Shown piece by piece: positions 14,501-26,500 of a DNA stretch of 64,000 nucleotides. A program made the translations under genes and the position numbers. This DNA is from Tubiluchus corallicola (Eukaryota > Animalia > Priapulida), in assembly GCA_030141605.1 (NCBI GenBank), contig JAQGDQ010000029.1, positions 992,001 through 1,056,000 on the forward strand. Direction: 5' to 3'. The notes beneath the pieces were generated by a model that was not told the origin of the DNA, searched no databases, and saw nothing but the letters and a program-made list of their open reading frames with translations. The first letter of the stretch is position 1. Every line of letters starts with the position of its first letter.

Positions 14501-17500
14501 TGCACTAGCAGCCCACGCACATTGTTTATTAAACTGTCAATAAGAAATTGTGTGTATTTATCTTACGGAAAAGCCAATTTAACACTGATTCACAAGTTTT
14601 GCTAAATGTCAACAACATTAGGTTATATTAGCCTGTTTACCGTTAATATATGTGATCGCTTAAGCGTGTAACTGATTCATTTTCGTTTAGTATGCCTATC
14701 GTGGGAGGTGGGTGTTTGCGGTTATGGGCACGTTGTAGCGATCATTATTTACGGGAGAGCCTTGATTTTTTATTGGTGTGTAACACTTGAGTATTATGCT
14801 GTTTTGTAAGGTTTTTGTGATGTATGGACTTGCGGTCATGCAGTTCTGGTTATTATTCGTCTTCGATTACCTAAATAGGCGTTTCTTTATGTGTCTGATG
14901 ATGTATATATTCATTACTATGTAAATTAGCAATAAGTGAGATGTGCAAAGTCGATATATTTCTTATGCGTAATATTATTGTAAGCATCGTTTAAATTTTC
15001 GATTAAAATTTGTCGTATAAACAGTCATGACAAGACGCTTTTGTGATGCGATTGAATATAGCGCGCATTTCAAGATTTTGTGGTTAGAAACTCTCATAAC
15101 GCGATTATTAAAAGCGCTACATTGCGTGAGTTTTAATGATCCGTGAGTTTATGCCCGAAGGTTTCTTTTTTCTATCATCAAGGCTGTTATGGTCATACGT
15201 TAATTTCACAATTATTTCGTAAGAATGCTCCGCCAAGGTTTATGGCTTGAGGAATGTTGAAAGGGACACGCAATTTTTAAATTTGTTACTACATTCTTAG
15301 AAATTGGTTTTTATCATGAGCTATTATTCAGATGACCGAAAAGTTACTAATGATAATGTTGTTAAAGTTTGTGGTCGACAACAGGGCATCACCAGAAGCG
15401 AAGATTGTCAAATTTTTCTACCAAGCCCCTTGTATGGAACTACTTTATTTTAAGAAGGTCACTAGAAATTCACTTTAGATGCACTAATTAGTTACTGCAC
15501 CGCTTCATGTCTTGAGCATTATACTTTAACCCTGGCGTAAATTATTTACACGGATTATTGCGTTTTACAGATTAGTACAGTCTGTAAATAAAATATTTTA
15601 TTTACGTAGTCAGTGTCATTTTAAAATATTAAAATATTAGATTGGTAAACATGATAATTTCGTGTATGCTGTACGCAGAGTTAAATGCGGACATTTTTGT
15701 CAATGTTAACAGTTATAATCTTAAACGACCGCGCGTTTTTCTGGTTGTTTATCGCCAAAAAATTCGCTTATGACTCAGCTCTGCTTCACTAAAAAATTAA
15801 GCATATAAAACCTAACTGCCAAGAAGTCGGGCTAAGTATATCGCCTGATCACTTTGCTATTCAAGCACTGGGTACTTGCATGGAAACTAAAGTTCAACAG
15901 TATTGATTATTAGAATCATATAACAACAACGGCGACACCGGCGGCGGCAATGGCAGTAGCAACAGCAACAACAACAATTATAATAATTACAGCAGCAGCA
16001 CAGAATCTTTAACCGGAAATCATTATCGCTTTAATTATTCGATGATTTATTAGCTGATTTAGTTTGTTGGCGTGTAGTTGTCTGACAGACTGGTTGCCTG
16101 CCTAATAGGCTGGTTAACTTATTGGCAGACCGAGATAATGATTCACGGAATATCACGGCGAATGTCTAATTAAGTAGTTAAAGTATATTCTATCTTAACC
16201 AGTGTGATAAATAAATGGCTTTTGACAAGTGTCCGACGTTAAAACATTCTGTGTTGCAGGGAGAGGAATTGTTTGACATACTAGAGCGAATGCAAGGTAG
16301 TCGTCTAGATGAACAAAGATGCAACCTTCCGGCATCCTTCTTCCAGGTAAGTTTACTAACTGTTTAACTTACCTGTATCAGCTTGCTGACAGAAGTTAAA
16401 GTAAAAATATTGTACATATCGTTATACAGCCATGATCAGGGGTTGACAAATTGTGCTCGTAAAAAAACCCATATTTTTCACAAATAATCATTAATATCAG
16501 TTTTAAGCTTCATAAGGTTATTTCAGAAATCATGATTTCAGATAAACCATTTCACTCATTCACTACCCTCACAAAAACGAATATTATGAAGTTGAAGGTA
16601 CTCTTTGAAAATTTTATTTGATGTCCTTGCTCTTTGAATAAAGAATTTGATTCAGAACTTTCTGACAAGAATTTTTTTCCTGGTCTGTGTCTTATAAACT
16701 TCAGTAAGATGAGCTCATTGTAGCAAATAAAATAAAATTTCGTAACAGAAAACCAACAGGTAGCACTAGCAACTGCAATTAGAAATTTTATATTATGTCC
16801 GTCAGAATAGGCTTATGTGAAAATGAAAGATTCGCTGTGTTTCAACGCAAACCTGGAGCAGAACAATTACATCACTGCCCTGGACTTTCACATTAGTAAT
16901 CTAATCCGCAGGATATATACGTTGCAGTAACTTGGGAGCCATTTAAAGTTAATGTCTCCCACGGGCGTACAAATATTGCCAACTCTGTCTCCCCAGTACT
17001 CCCCTGTGTAGAATACATCCTAATGGAATATGTGCGGATGACACTCGAGTGCCTGTTTTAAGGCTGGTCACGATTTTCTGAACTAAAACAATTATGGTTA
17101 GCGAGAAGCTTATGCTGGGAGCTCAGGAAACCACGTTTATTTTCCAGTTAAGCCATTCCGAGTGAAATGGTTCTGCTGTCATTCCTGGCCTCCCTCAATC
17201 CTATTACACGAAAAGAACCAATTTGAGGAGGCAGCGATTTAAGTGTGCTTTTTTCTGGTCATTATCCGAGAATTTGCATGGAGATATACATGAATCAGCA
17301 GAGGAAAATGATGGCAATAAGCCTTTTCACAGTTTCGTTGTGTGCACGCACAATTGCTGCAGATCAAGGGCTAAATGTACCACAGCAACGCGTCTTAACT
17401 ACAGCCGTCACGTGACACGTGGGTAAAACAAAGCCGTCTACTGCATCAGTTCAATAACTTCAGTTGTAGATGCATTAAGCTGTGCGTAGAGTGATTTACT

Positions 17501-20500
17501 AGCAGGATCTTGCTTGGGATCGAGAAAAAAAGAACTAAGTAAGGTTTTAGCTAGCTGTTAAAACTGCCACTATTACAGTAGCTAGGGCTGCGGGGCGTTG
17601 TCGAGTGTACACAAATGAGTTGTCTCGCACACTTAACCTTTTACCTTTTCACGATCATCATCATCGATTGCTGGAATTGTGAAAAGGCTTATTGAAAACA
17701 TGTATGCTGTCTTGTAATTTGAAGGCAAAAATAGACCTATGTGCGTTCAAATGGACAAAAATTTCAATGTTAAAATTATTTTCTTTGTTCTGAGTCTTAA
17801 AAAATCAGCTGATGTTTTTATTCCGGCATGTCTGCATGCACAGTATTCGCTTAATTTTTTACCATGAAATGGTTTTTGACGAAAATAGCGCATAATAATG
17901 AAAAAAGAGAGTCAAAATGAAACTGAAAAATGTTCAAAGTAAAAGAAGTGACATTTTGACCTCGTTTTTTGGACAAGCAATCTTGAAAAGTGAGGTTTCT
18001 TTCGACAGGCTTATTCATCATTGTCACTCAAACTGAGTTGAGAAAGTTCACGTGTAAAAAAAGCAAAAGGTCGTAACTGGTCACACAACTATATAATTTC
18101 ACACCTGAGGGCTACACGCAATTGACACAAGTTAGGGTATTTGAAAAACAATTAAGATTTTGGGTCAGCCCAATTTTGGAATCAATAGTTACCCTAATAA
18201 CTAATTATCGCCCTTAAATATGGATTTGTTTTGTGGAAATTGTGTAAATGATTTTCCAGTCAATGGCCATGCGCGTTATATAATACCATTTGTGCCATTT
18301 TTACGGTACCATTTTTCCCTGACACCAGACACATTAAGGTACACCTGGTGCTAGCTAGTAATGTTAGTTCAGTATTCATGTTAGTAGATGGCAATACCAG
18401 AGGTGTTTAATGCGGCGACAGAGATATATTTATCGAGGAATGAAGCATTATAAGCTGGTGCCGCTTTAGTTGTTAGCTAATTAACCATTTTTCATGTCTT
18501 TATCCATTTTGCTGTCTCTTTTTTCTTCCTGCTGCTTTTGCTCAGTCTTCGGAGTTTGTAGAGATGGTGCTGAAGTTTCAATGTCATAGACTAGACGAAC
18601 AGAGATGTCATTTGCCATTTCTTAGCGACCTGGTACTTTTCATTCCCTTTAAAATACAAAGATATTGAGTTAAAATTGAAAAAAAGAATTTGGATAGATA
18701 AGCACGTTTTAGCAATCCATTGTTTTTCATTAGAGGAGACGCTGTGCATGAGTTCATTTCTGCACAATATTTTTATTTGTGTGTTTGTCTAGCTATAGTT
18801 TGTGTATTTCGTGCCTAGAGTAATTTTTTCATGCGATTTACAGTGGGGAAAACTCATTCATTTACATAGACTGCTCTGAATCTATTTTAGCATTTTCGTA
18901 GATACCGGGACTTGGTCAATGCATTGATTAGCTTTCTCAGGTCTTTGTTTTATTCAACTGCGAAAAACGCAGCTAAAAGCACGCTAGCGTGAACTTTTGG
19001 CTTTTTTAGTTTTAACGGCAAGACTTTTCAGTGTGCACTAGGTTCTCGTGCAGTGCGAACAGTCTCTGTTTTGCAATGTAAATCGTGTGTGCGTTTATTC
19101 TCTTATTTATTTAAAATAACAAATCCCTTTTGTAATGTAAACCTGTAGTGATAAATACAATTCCGTGTATGATATGTCAGTTAATTTGTAGGTGCGAAGC
19201 TAATCCCAGTTTCAAAATTACGAATTGCAGATAAATGAACATGGATTTTTTTTTTTGAGAGTAAATCGTTATCACTCGTATAAATAGTAACGTGGTATAA
19301 ATAGTCATATAAATAAATCAATACAAACTTTTGGAACTTGATTTGATTTTAGCCAGGAACCATTGCTGATCGATAACAAAATCCAAAACTTAGCACTGTA
19401 GTTTCTTAGTTGTGGTAAATCGACTATCCGTGAAATATCTTTTGTTCAAATCCAGATCTTTTCAATGTTTGGTCCCAAAATTATAAGTGTTGTAGTGATG
19501 AGATGAATAAAACTGCTGGGTTTATGTTGTATAGAATTGTGTGTGCTTTGGTGGTTGCGAGGATGTTATTGTCTTCTGTAGTAGCATGCCATATGCGATT
19601 TTATTCCTAATTATTTTTTAACATTTTAATACTTAAACGTTTGTGGAACAAACATATGTACGTGTTTGAGCATGTGAATTTGTGGTCTGTATAACATGGA
19701 ATGTTAAGCTATAATGTGACTTCGGCAGGAAAAACAATGGAATCAGAGTTCCCACATTTGCCTTGTTTTCGTAAAGGATTGTCTCTGTGATGCCATTTTA
19801 GTTATCAAAGAATTGTAATGTTGTTTAACTGTAATTGATTTACTCAGGGCTGAAGTTTATACAGTTAATCTCGACTTTCAAAAGCATGTCTTTCAATTTT
19901 ACCATTCACTTTTTAGCAGAACGAGAAAAAGCCTGTTGCTCCCCGACGAAAGAAAGAGAGTCCAATGGCGACCACTGTCAGGGAGATCACGCAGAAGCCT
20001 GGGCCATATCCTATGATTATCCTTCCTCAGTCAGGCGGTTACTGGGCCGATGGATTAGATTCGGAGAGCAGTGGCGATTTTGGTAGTGGCCAAGTGGCAG
20101 CGCCATCAGCAAACACGGAGCAGTACAAGATCGAGATGAATGAGACTGCAAGGTGCTATCGGAATCTCTTCCTTGGGAAAGTAAGTCTTTACTAATACAA
20201 ATTTCTGCAGACAGAAAAACAGGCAATCTTACCACATAGTTTGATGTCTTCTGTAAATGGTCATGTCATGTGTCATGCATATTGTCAGGTACATGTGAGA
20301 ATGCCACCTGAGTCTAAGCATTGCGTAGAATTGCATGAATCTTAAGTGATCAAGGTCTGAGTGATATGAACTTACCAAGCAATGTGCATGCATTTTTCTG
20401 AGGACTTCATACTATTATGAAAACATAGTTCCATTTTATGTATGCTGTGTAAGTATTCAGTGAGGTCGTTATGACATCTGCCCCCATCTTATCCCATTAA

Positions 20501-23500
20501 ATGTAGAAAGGTCAGTCAGCGCCTCATTAGGATTGTGGCTGTGTAGCCAGATAATGGATTTATCTTGCAGCATGCTCAGTGAGTGATGTGACAGATTGCA
20601 AAACGTACAAAGCTTTAGTTTTTATTTTTGTAACATTTGTCACTTTTTCAATATCTAAAACATTTCTCGAGTGCTAAGCTCATTACAAAAAAACAAGTTA
20701 CCTAAAGCATGGTCCGTACATGATTGACGAAACCAAAGTAGTTCATGTAAATTGAATTTAAAAAAACCACTTGCCTCTGAAGTCATCCAAAATTACCCCG
20801 TTACTATTGTCCACAGTAAGAGTAATTTATGCTCATGAACTTTTACTCTTAAGTGGCATTTACGTAGCATAGGGATGCGTTTTCCTATGCGGAACAGCCT
20901 GCGGAAAAAATCTATAGGAAATAACTGCAGAAAAACAATAACGCATACCCAGGCTGCATAAACGGGTGCATTAAAAACGACATTAACCGATTCTATCTAT
21001 TTCGCACCCCCAAAAACCACACATATCACCATGCTACATAAACGCCACTTTACACTTATAAATTTGTAAAGACAGAGAAGGCTGAAGAACATTCTTAGTA
21101 CCTACATAATGACAAAATCTGATCAATGTTTTGTGGTTAAAGGAAAAACAGTCGTCATACTTTTTACTTGGAGGCTTTATCTATACAATATTAGAATAAA
21201 CTTGAAGATCCTATCATGCATTGACAAGGTATAATAAATGCTTTATAATTAAAAGAAAAAATACTCATCATAAAACCTTTTTTTACTATCATCTTTATTA
21301 TCAGTGTGTTCTTGATGTCTGTTTCTTGTTAATTATAAATGTTTTCTAGATTTATGGTGTAACACTGTAACCCTTATCCTTGCAATGTACATGCGCGTTT
21401 TCGTCTCTGTATCTGATTTATATGCATTTATGGTTTTCAATGCTGTTTATTATCTAGATTAAGATTTATAATGGGGCGCACATGACTGTGCTGCAGCTGT
21501 GCGACGAAAAGTTTATGTGCTGTTTTTCACGTTTTCCAGGAGCATTTTAACTTCTTCGCATTTGACGAAAATGTTGGGCCTGTTGTGTTGTCGGTAAAAA
21601 CGGAGAACTATTCCTCACAGGAGCAGACACGTCTCATAGTCAGGTATATGACAACCCAAGCAGATGGTTTTAAGATATGCCTACAAGTGAATTTTCATTA
21701 AGCAATAATTTAGCTTTGTGAAGAAATTTATTTATTTTGAATTCTGGTTCAGTTAAAGCTTTAAAAACAGTCAACTTGAACATTTCAAAAGAGTTTAACT
21801 TGCACTTGCATCTTTGGAGTTCTTGATGAAGCAGAAGTGTTGTTTGAATTTTTGCATCATACAAATTACTTGTTTTTTCACGGGTTCTATGAATGGTAAT
21901 TGATTCATTCAACCTTTAATTGTAATATTATATTCATCTGGATTTGAAAGGTTCCTTTAGAACTAAAATTTAAAGAAGTCAAAACTAATTTCAGGACGAA
22001 GCAGAGCACAGTTCATGAGTTAGTCATGTCAAGAACTTTGCAAGACTGTCCCAGTCCAGCTAGAATGGCCAAGCTTCTCTGTGACCAAATAACAACAGAG
22101 AAATTTAGCCCGGTACTTTTTCCAAAAGTAAGTAACCATTTGCTTGTTTGTCAAATATGCATCCAGTATATCTATATAATAACTTTGTAGGCTTTAAACG
22201 TTTAGTCTTACCAGAAAAGCTTTTCAGCTATTGTGACTATCTTAAATGCATGAAGAATTAGGTCAAACTTTGCTAAACTTGCAAAAGACAAAATATATTT
22301 AATGATTGTTCTATGCACAACTCTCCTACTTGTATTTTTTGAGCCATATTGAAATCTCATTTCTATGTTTTTTCAGGGCTCAGAGATGATCTGTGCATAT
22401 GATGAACACGTCCTAGTCAATACATTCAAATTCGGTATCTGCTACCAGCGGTTTGGGCAGGTAACGGAGGAGGAATTATTTGGAAACATAAACCACAGTC
22501 CAGCCATGGAAGAGTTTCTCCAGATGCTTGGTCAACGGGTCACTTTAAAAGACTTCAAAGGGTAATCATCATCTTACGAAGCAAATCTTGTTTCGATTTC
22601 ATTCTGTTTCATCACTAAAAGCAGATGCTAATTGATATTCTGCATAAGTTATGCAAACAGAAGCCACTAGATGAGGAAAAATTTTCCCACAGACAAAAGG
22701 GATGTTTTGAATAGTGCAGATAATAACTGGAATTCAAATTCAATACGTCAGACTAAATGGCTTTGTGAATGCACTCTGTTTTATCGTCATTTATTGATCA
22801 TTTGATGATATTTTGGGTAGATTATCTGAACATAAATTGTGCGTGCAGGAAAGCAAGTTTTAATTGCATGGTACCAACTGTGCAAAATTTTTTAGCAGCA
22901 GTTGAGTAGTTAATCTATATTAGAATGATAGTCTTTTCTATAGTATTGTGATTGCACGTGTATGTAGTATGGGAAAAGAGCAAATGCTCGCGGCATAATA
23001 TTGGCCTAATATTTGTGGGCAGGCTATTGTACCACTTACACATGCAAAATATATTTAAAAACACCAGAAGCTTAGTTTTAATTGGCTTTGCTACAAATTT
23101 ATGTATTAGTATTCAAAGAAATTGTTAAAGTCGTCAGTTAGTGTTTTTGTCTGTTATCTTTTACAATGGTGATGGCTATGGTTTTGGCAGTTGTTGCTGC
23201 CTAGACTACTTTCAATACATCAATTTAAACTATTCATTCTGTGTAAAATGTTAGCTGCAGTGTGATGTTTTGGATTTTTTAAATACACTGCTTTTTTCAT
23301 TTATATACCTTGAGACAGTATGGTACAGTCGCACATAGAATACTGTATGCTGCATTCTATTAACCATGTGGCGCTTTGTTTACAGGTATCGAGGAGGTCT
23401 TGATATTGTCCATGGACAGACCGGTGTCGAATCAGTTTACAAAAAATTTAAAGATCGAGAAATCATGTTCCACGTTTCAACACTTCTACCGTACAGTGAG

Positions 23501-26500
23501 GGTGATGCCCAGCAAGTAAGTAGATGAATGCTTTTATTTATGTGATATTAAATTTATGGATTTTTTTTTAAAAACTGTGACATGGTGTCCTGTTTTAGTT
23601 AAATTAGTATATGGACCATGCCATGCAGAACCAGACATAAATGAAAAGTGCTCACAGGACTTGTAAAAGACATTGTATTGCTTCAGTGATAAATTCTGTC
23701 AAATCACAAACTCTGCATTGTATTTTATAGCATTTTTAGTAAAAAGTTGATAATAGTAACAAATACACAACATAATTAACCGTGATCATACTACTTTATC
23801 AAGATTGAACTAGTATAAATCACATGGAATTTAATTTTTGTGAGGAGGGAAAAACCGTAGCACCTGTATTTTTGGTACTTTTGCAATGTAAATCATTAAT
23901 ACTGTAGTAGGTTTTATGCAGCTTTTCAAAAGAAGTACTGAGCTGCTGAGTATTTTTTGTATGATGATTTTGACAAACTGTTCCTGCTTTCATATATATA
24001 TATATATACTACTTTGTAGCATAAGAGAGCTTCAGGCACTTCGAATGCTAATTATTGTTTCATACTGATTTTATTTTTTGCAGTTACAAAGAAAGCGGCA
24101 CATAGGAAATGATATTGTCTCTATCATCTTCCAAGAAACAAACACGCCTTTCATCCCAGACATGATCGCTTCGAATTTCCTTCATGCATACATCATCATA
24201 CAGCCTCTCTCACCAAATACTGATAACACCATGTATCGGGTATGAGTTTCTTTGCACACATTTTTCTTTACCAACTAGTAAAATTGATTCAAAGTTATTG
24301 AACATATACTTGTATTATAGTTAGAAAAAAAGCAAGCAAATAATAGAGAGCAGCAGTCAGACATAAGCTAGACATTAGCTAGTATTTTACATTGTGCACA
24401 GCATCCTTACCTGTAGCTTTCTTAAGTATTTTTGACAACTTAAGTATTTCTTAAGTTTTAGTAACTGTTGTTATATGCATTAATGTAGGTATCAGTAACA
24501 GCTAGGGAAGACGTTCCATTTTTTGGACCAACGTTACCAAACCCGCCTATATTTCGCAAGGGTCCGGAGTTTCACGATTGGCTGTTGACCAAGCTGATCA
24601 ATGCCGAGAATGCCAGTTACAAAGCAGAACGTTTTGCTAAGTTGGAGGTAAGACTGTAAAATACAGTTTCTATTCTGTTGTATGGTAAATAGACCGAATG
24701 TTAGCTAGCCTATTCTCTAAAAATGTACCCGCATTTGTGATTTACTTGACTGATCTTTATCATAACAACTTTTTGTCACCATTAGCAAAATTTTCCAGCC
24801 TCTCGGTACTGTAGTTTTGGCAATGTCTCATACTGATTAGGCCAATTTAGATTTAACATGGTACTGTATAATATATTATTGATGCCAAATGAGTTTACGA
24901 ACTAAACTGGGCTTCAAGAAGAATTAATAATTATTAAACTTGAAATTGTGATGGGATGTGATCTATATTTACCTACTAGTAAAAAAATTAACTAACCTTC
25001 ATAAAATCGTTAAACTTAAAAGGGGTGAATTTTTCAGTTTGAAATAATCATTTGCACTACTATAATTTTTTATTTAGGAAAGAACGCGATCATCACTTCT
25101 TGATTCTTTGTTTGTGGACCTCCAACAGAAAACCGAAGAGATTTTTGCACAGCCCAATGCCCCTACGCCAAAATCTGAAAGCAGTAATTCATTTTTCGAC
25201 ACGTTACGAAAAGCTATTGGTACACGGATGACAACAGCGCGCAGCCAATCAGTAGACAGCAGCCTCTCATCAGCAGCCAACAGAAAATCAATGAATTTGG
25301 ATGCTTTGAATTCAAATGCTGAATCAGCTGTCTTTTCTGTACGTTTCCCATCATTTTGCTCACTAAATTTTAACACTGAAATTTGTTGTGTTGAAAATTG
25401 AAAGTGGATATTTTTTATCCAAATTTTTAACCATATAATATATTTTTGTTTCATGAATGGCATTGTCTCTTTTTCAGAATTCCAACAATAAGAGCAGCAG
25501 TCTGAAGCAATCATCAAATTCAAATGAAAATTCAAAGCGAAAAGAAAATGGTCAAGTTTCTTCTGATTCATCGTCTGGTACAGTAAAAATGTGAGTACGA
25601 GATCTTATTTTATCATATTTGTTTAATTTGATACACTTTCCTTAGAATTATAATTTCTATGATAATGATATCATTTATAGAATTTCTGATTTCAACAGTA
25701 ACTTTTTATAGCTTTCTTCGCCTCTGTGGCTAAACATCGTAGACAATCGGGTGTGGTTAAATTTCAGGGTACATCGAATGAGTAACAAAGTACTCGTGTT
25801 GTAAATTTATACATTTATTTCAATTTGCAGGAAGCCACGAAATTCTACTGAAAGCACTAGTAGTAGTGTGACACCAGCCTCTTACAAGACGGCGTCGCAG
25901 CCCAATTCACCTGTTTCTAGTCCTGAGACCAACACTGCACCAAAAACTAGGTAAAAATTACTAGTAGCAATAATTTCAGCAATTAAAGTGTTGCTTTACC
26001 AATTTTGGTTGGCAGTAGTGTCTGCTTGGAGATCATGATTTTATGTAAATTTTCCTTAAATTTGATTTAAACTTGTCTAATGTGTATGGATGTTTAGATT
26101 GCCTGTTGCCTAGAGTCTAGACAGTTGTCTGTGCAACTCAACACATTTCAGTGTTTCTAAATCTAAACTAAAATGCTTTTTTTAATTCGAGCTTAGAATG
26201 ATTTTCCAATTTTTTTGTTGTGATAACGTTTTTTTTTTAATTTTGTTTCACATAATACAAACTAAAGAAAATTACCTTAAAGCCATTTCTTTATTAATTT
26301 TAAATAATGAAATAATTATTATTTAATAGTTATTTATTAGTAAGTTGTTAGCCATTTATTTAAACAAACTGGGATTAGTCAGGCAAATTATTGACTGTTG
26401 GATATAAAAAATGTTGGAATAAGAAAACAAGTGTCAATTCTAGCAGAGCCAATAATGTGTTTGTAATAATTTCAGCAGAACTTTGGTAAATCTCAAAAAT

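Noticed and set aside
25074-25571. 165-aa minus-strand ORF
   Set aside because: Antisense shadow of Rap1GAP exons.
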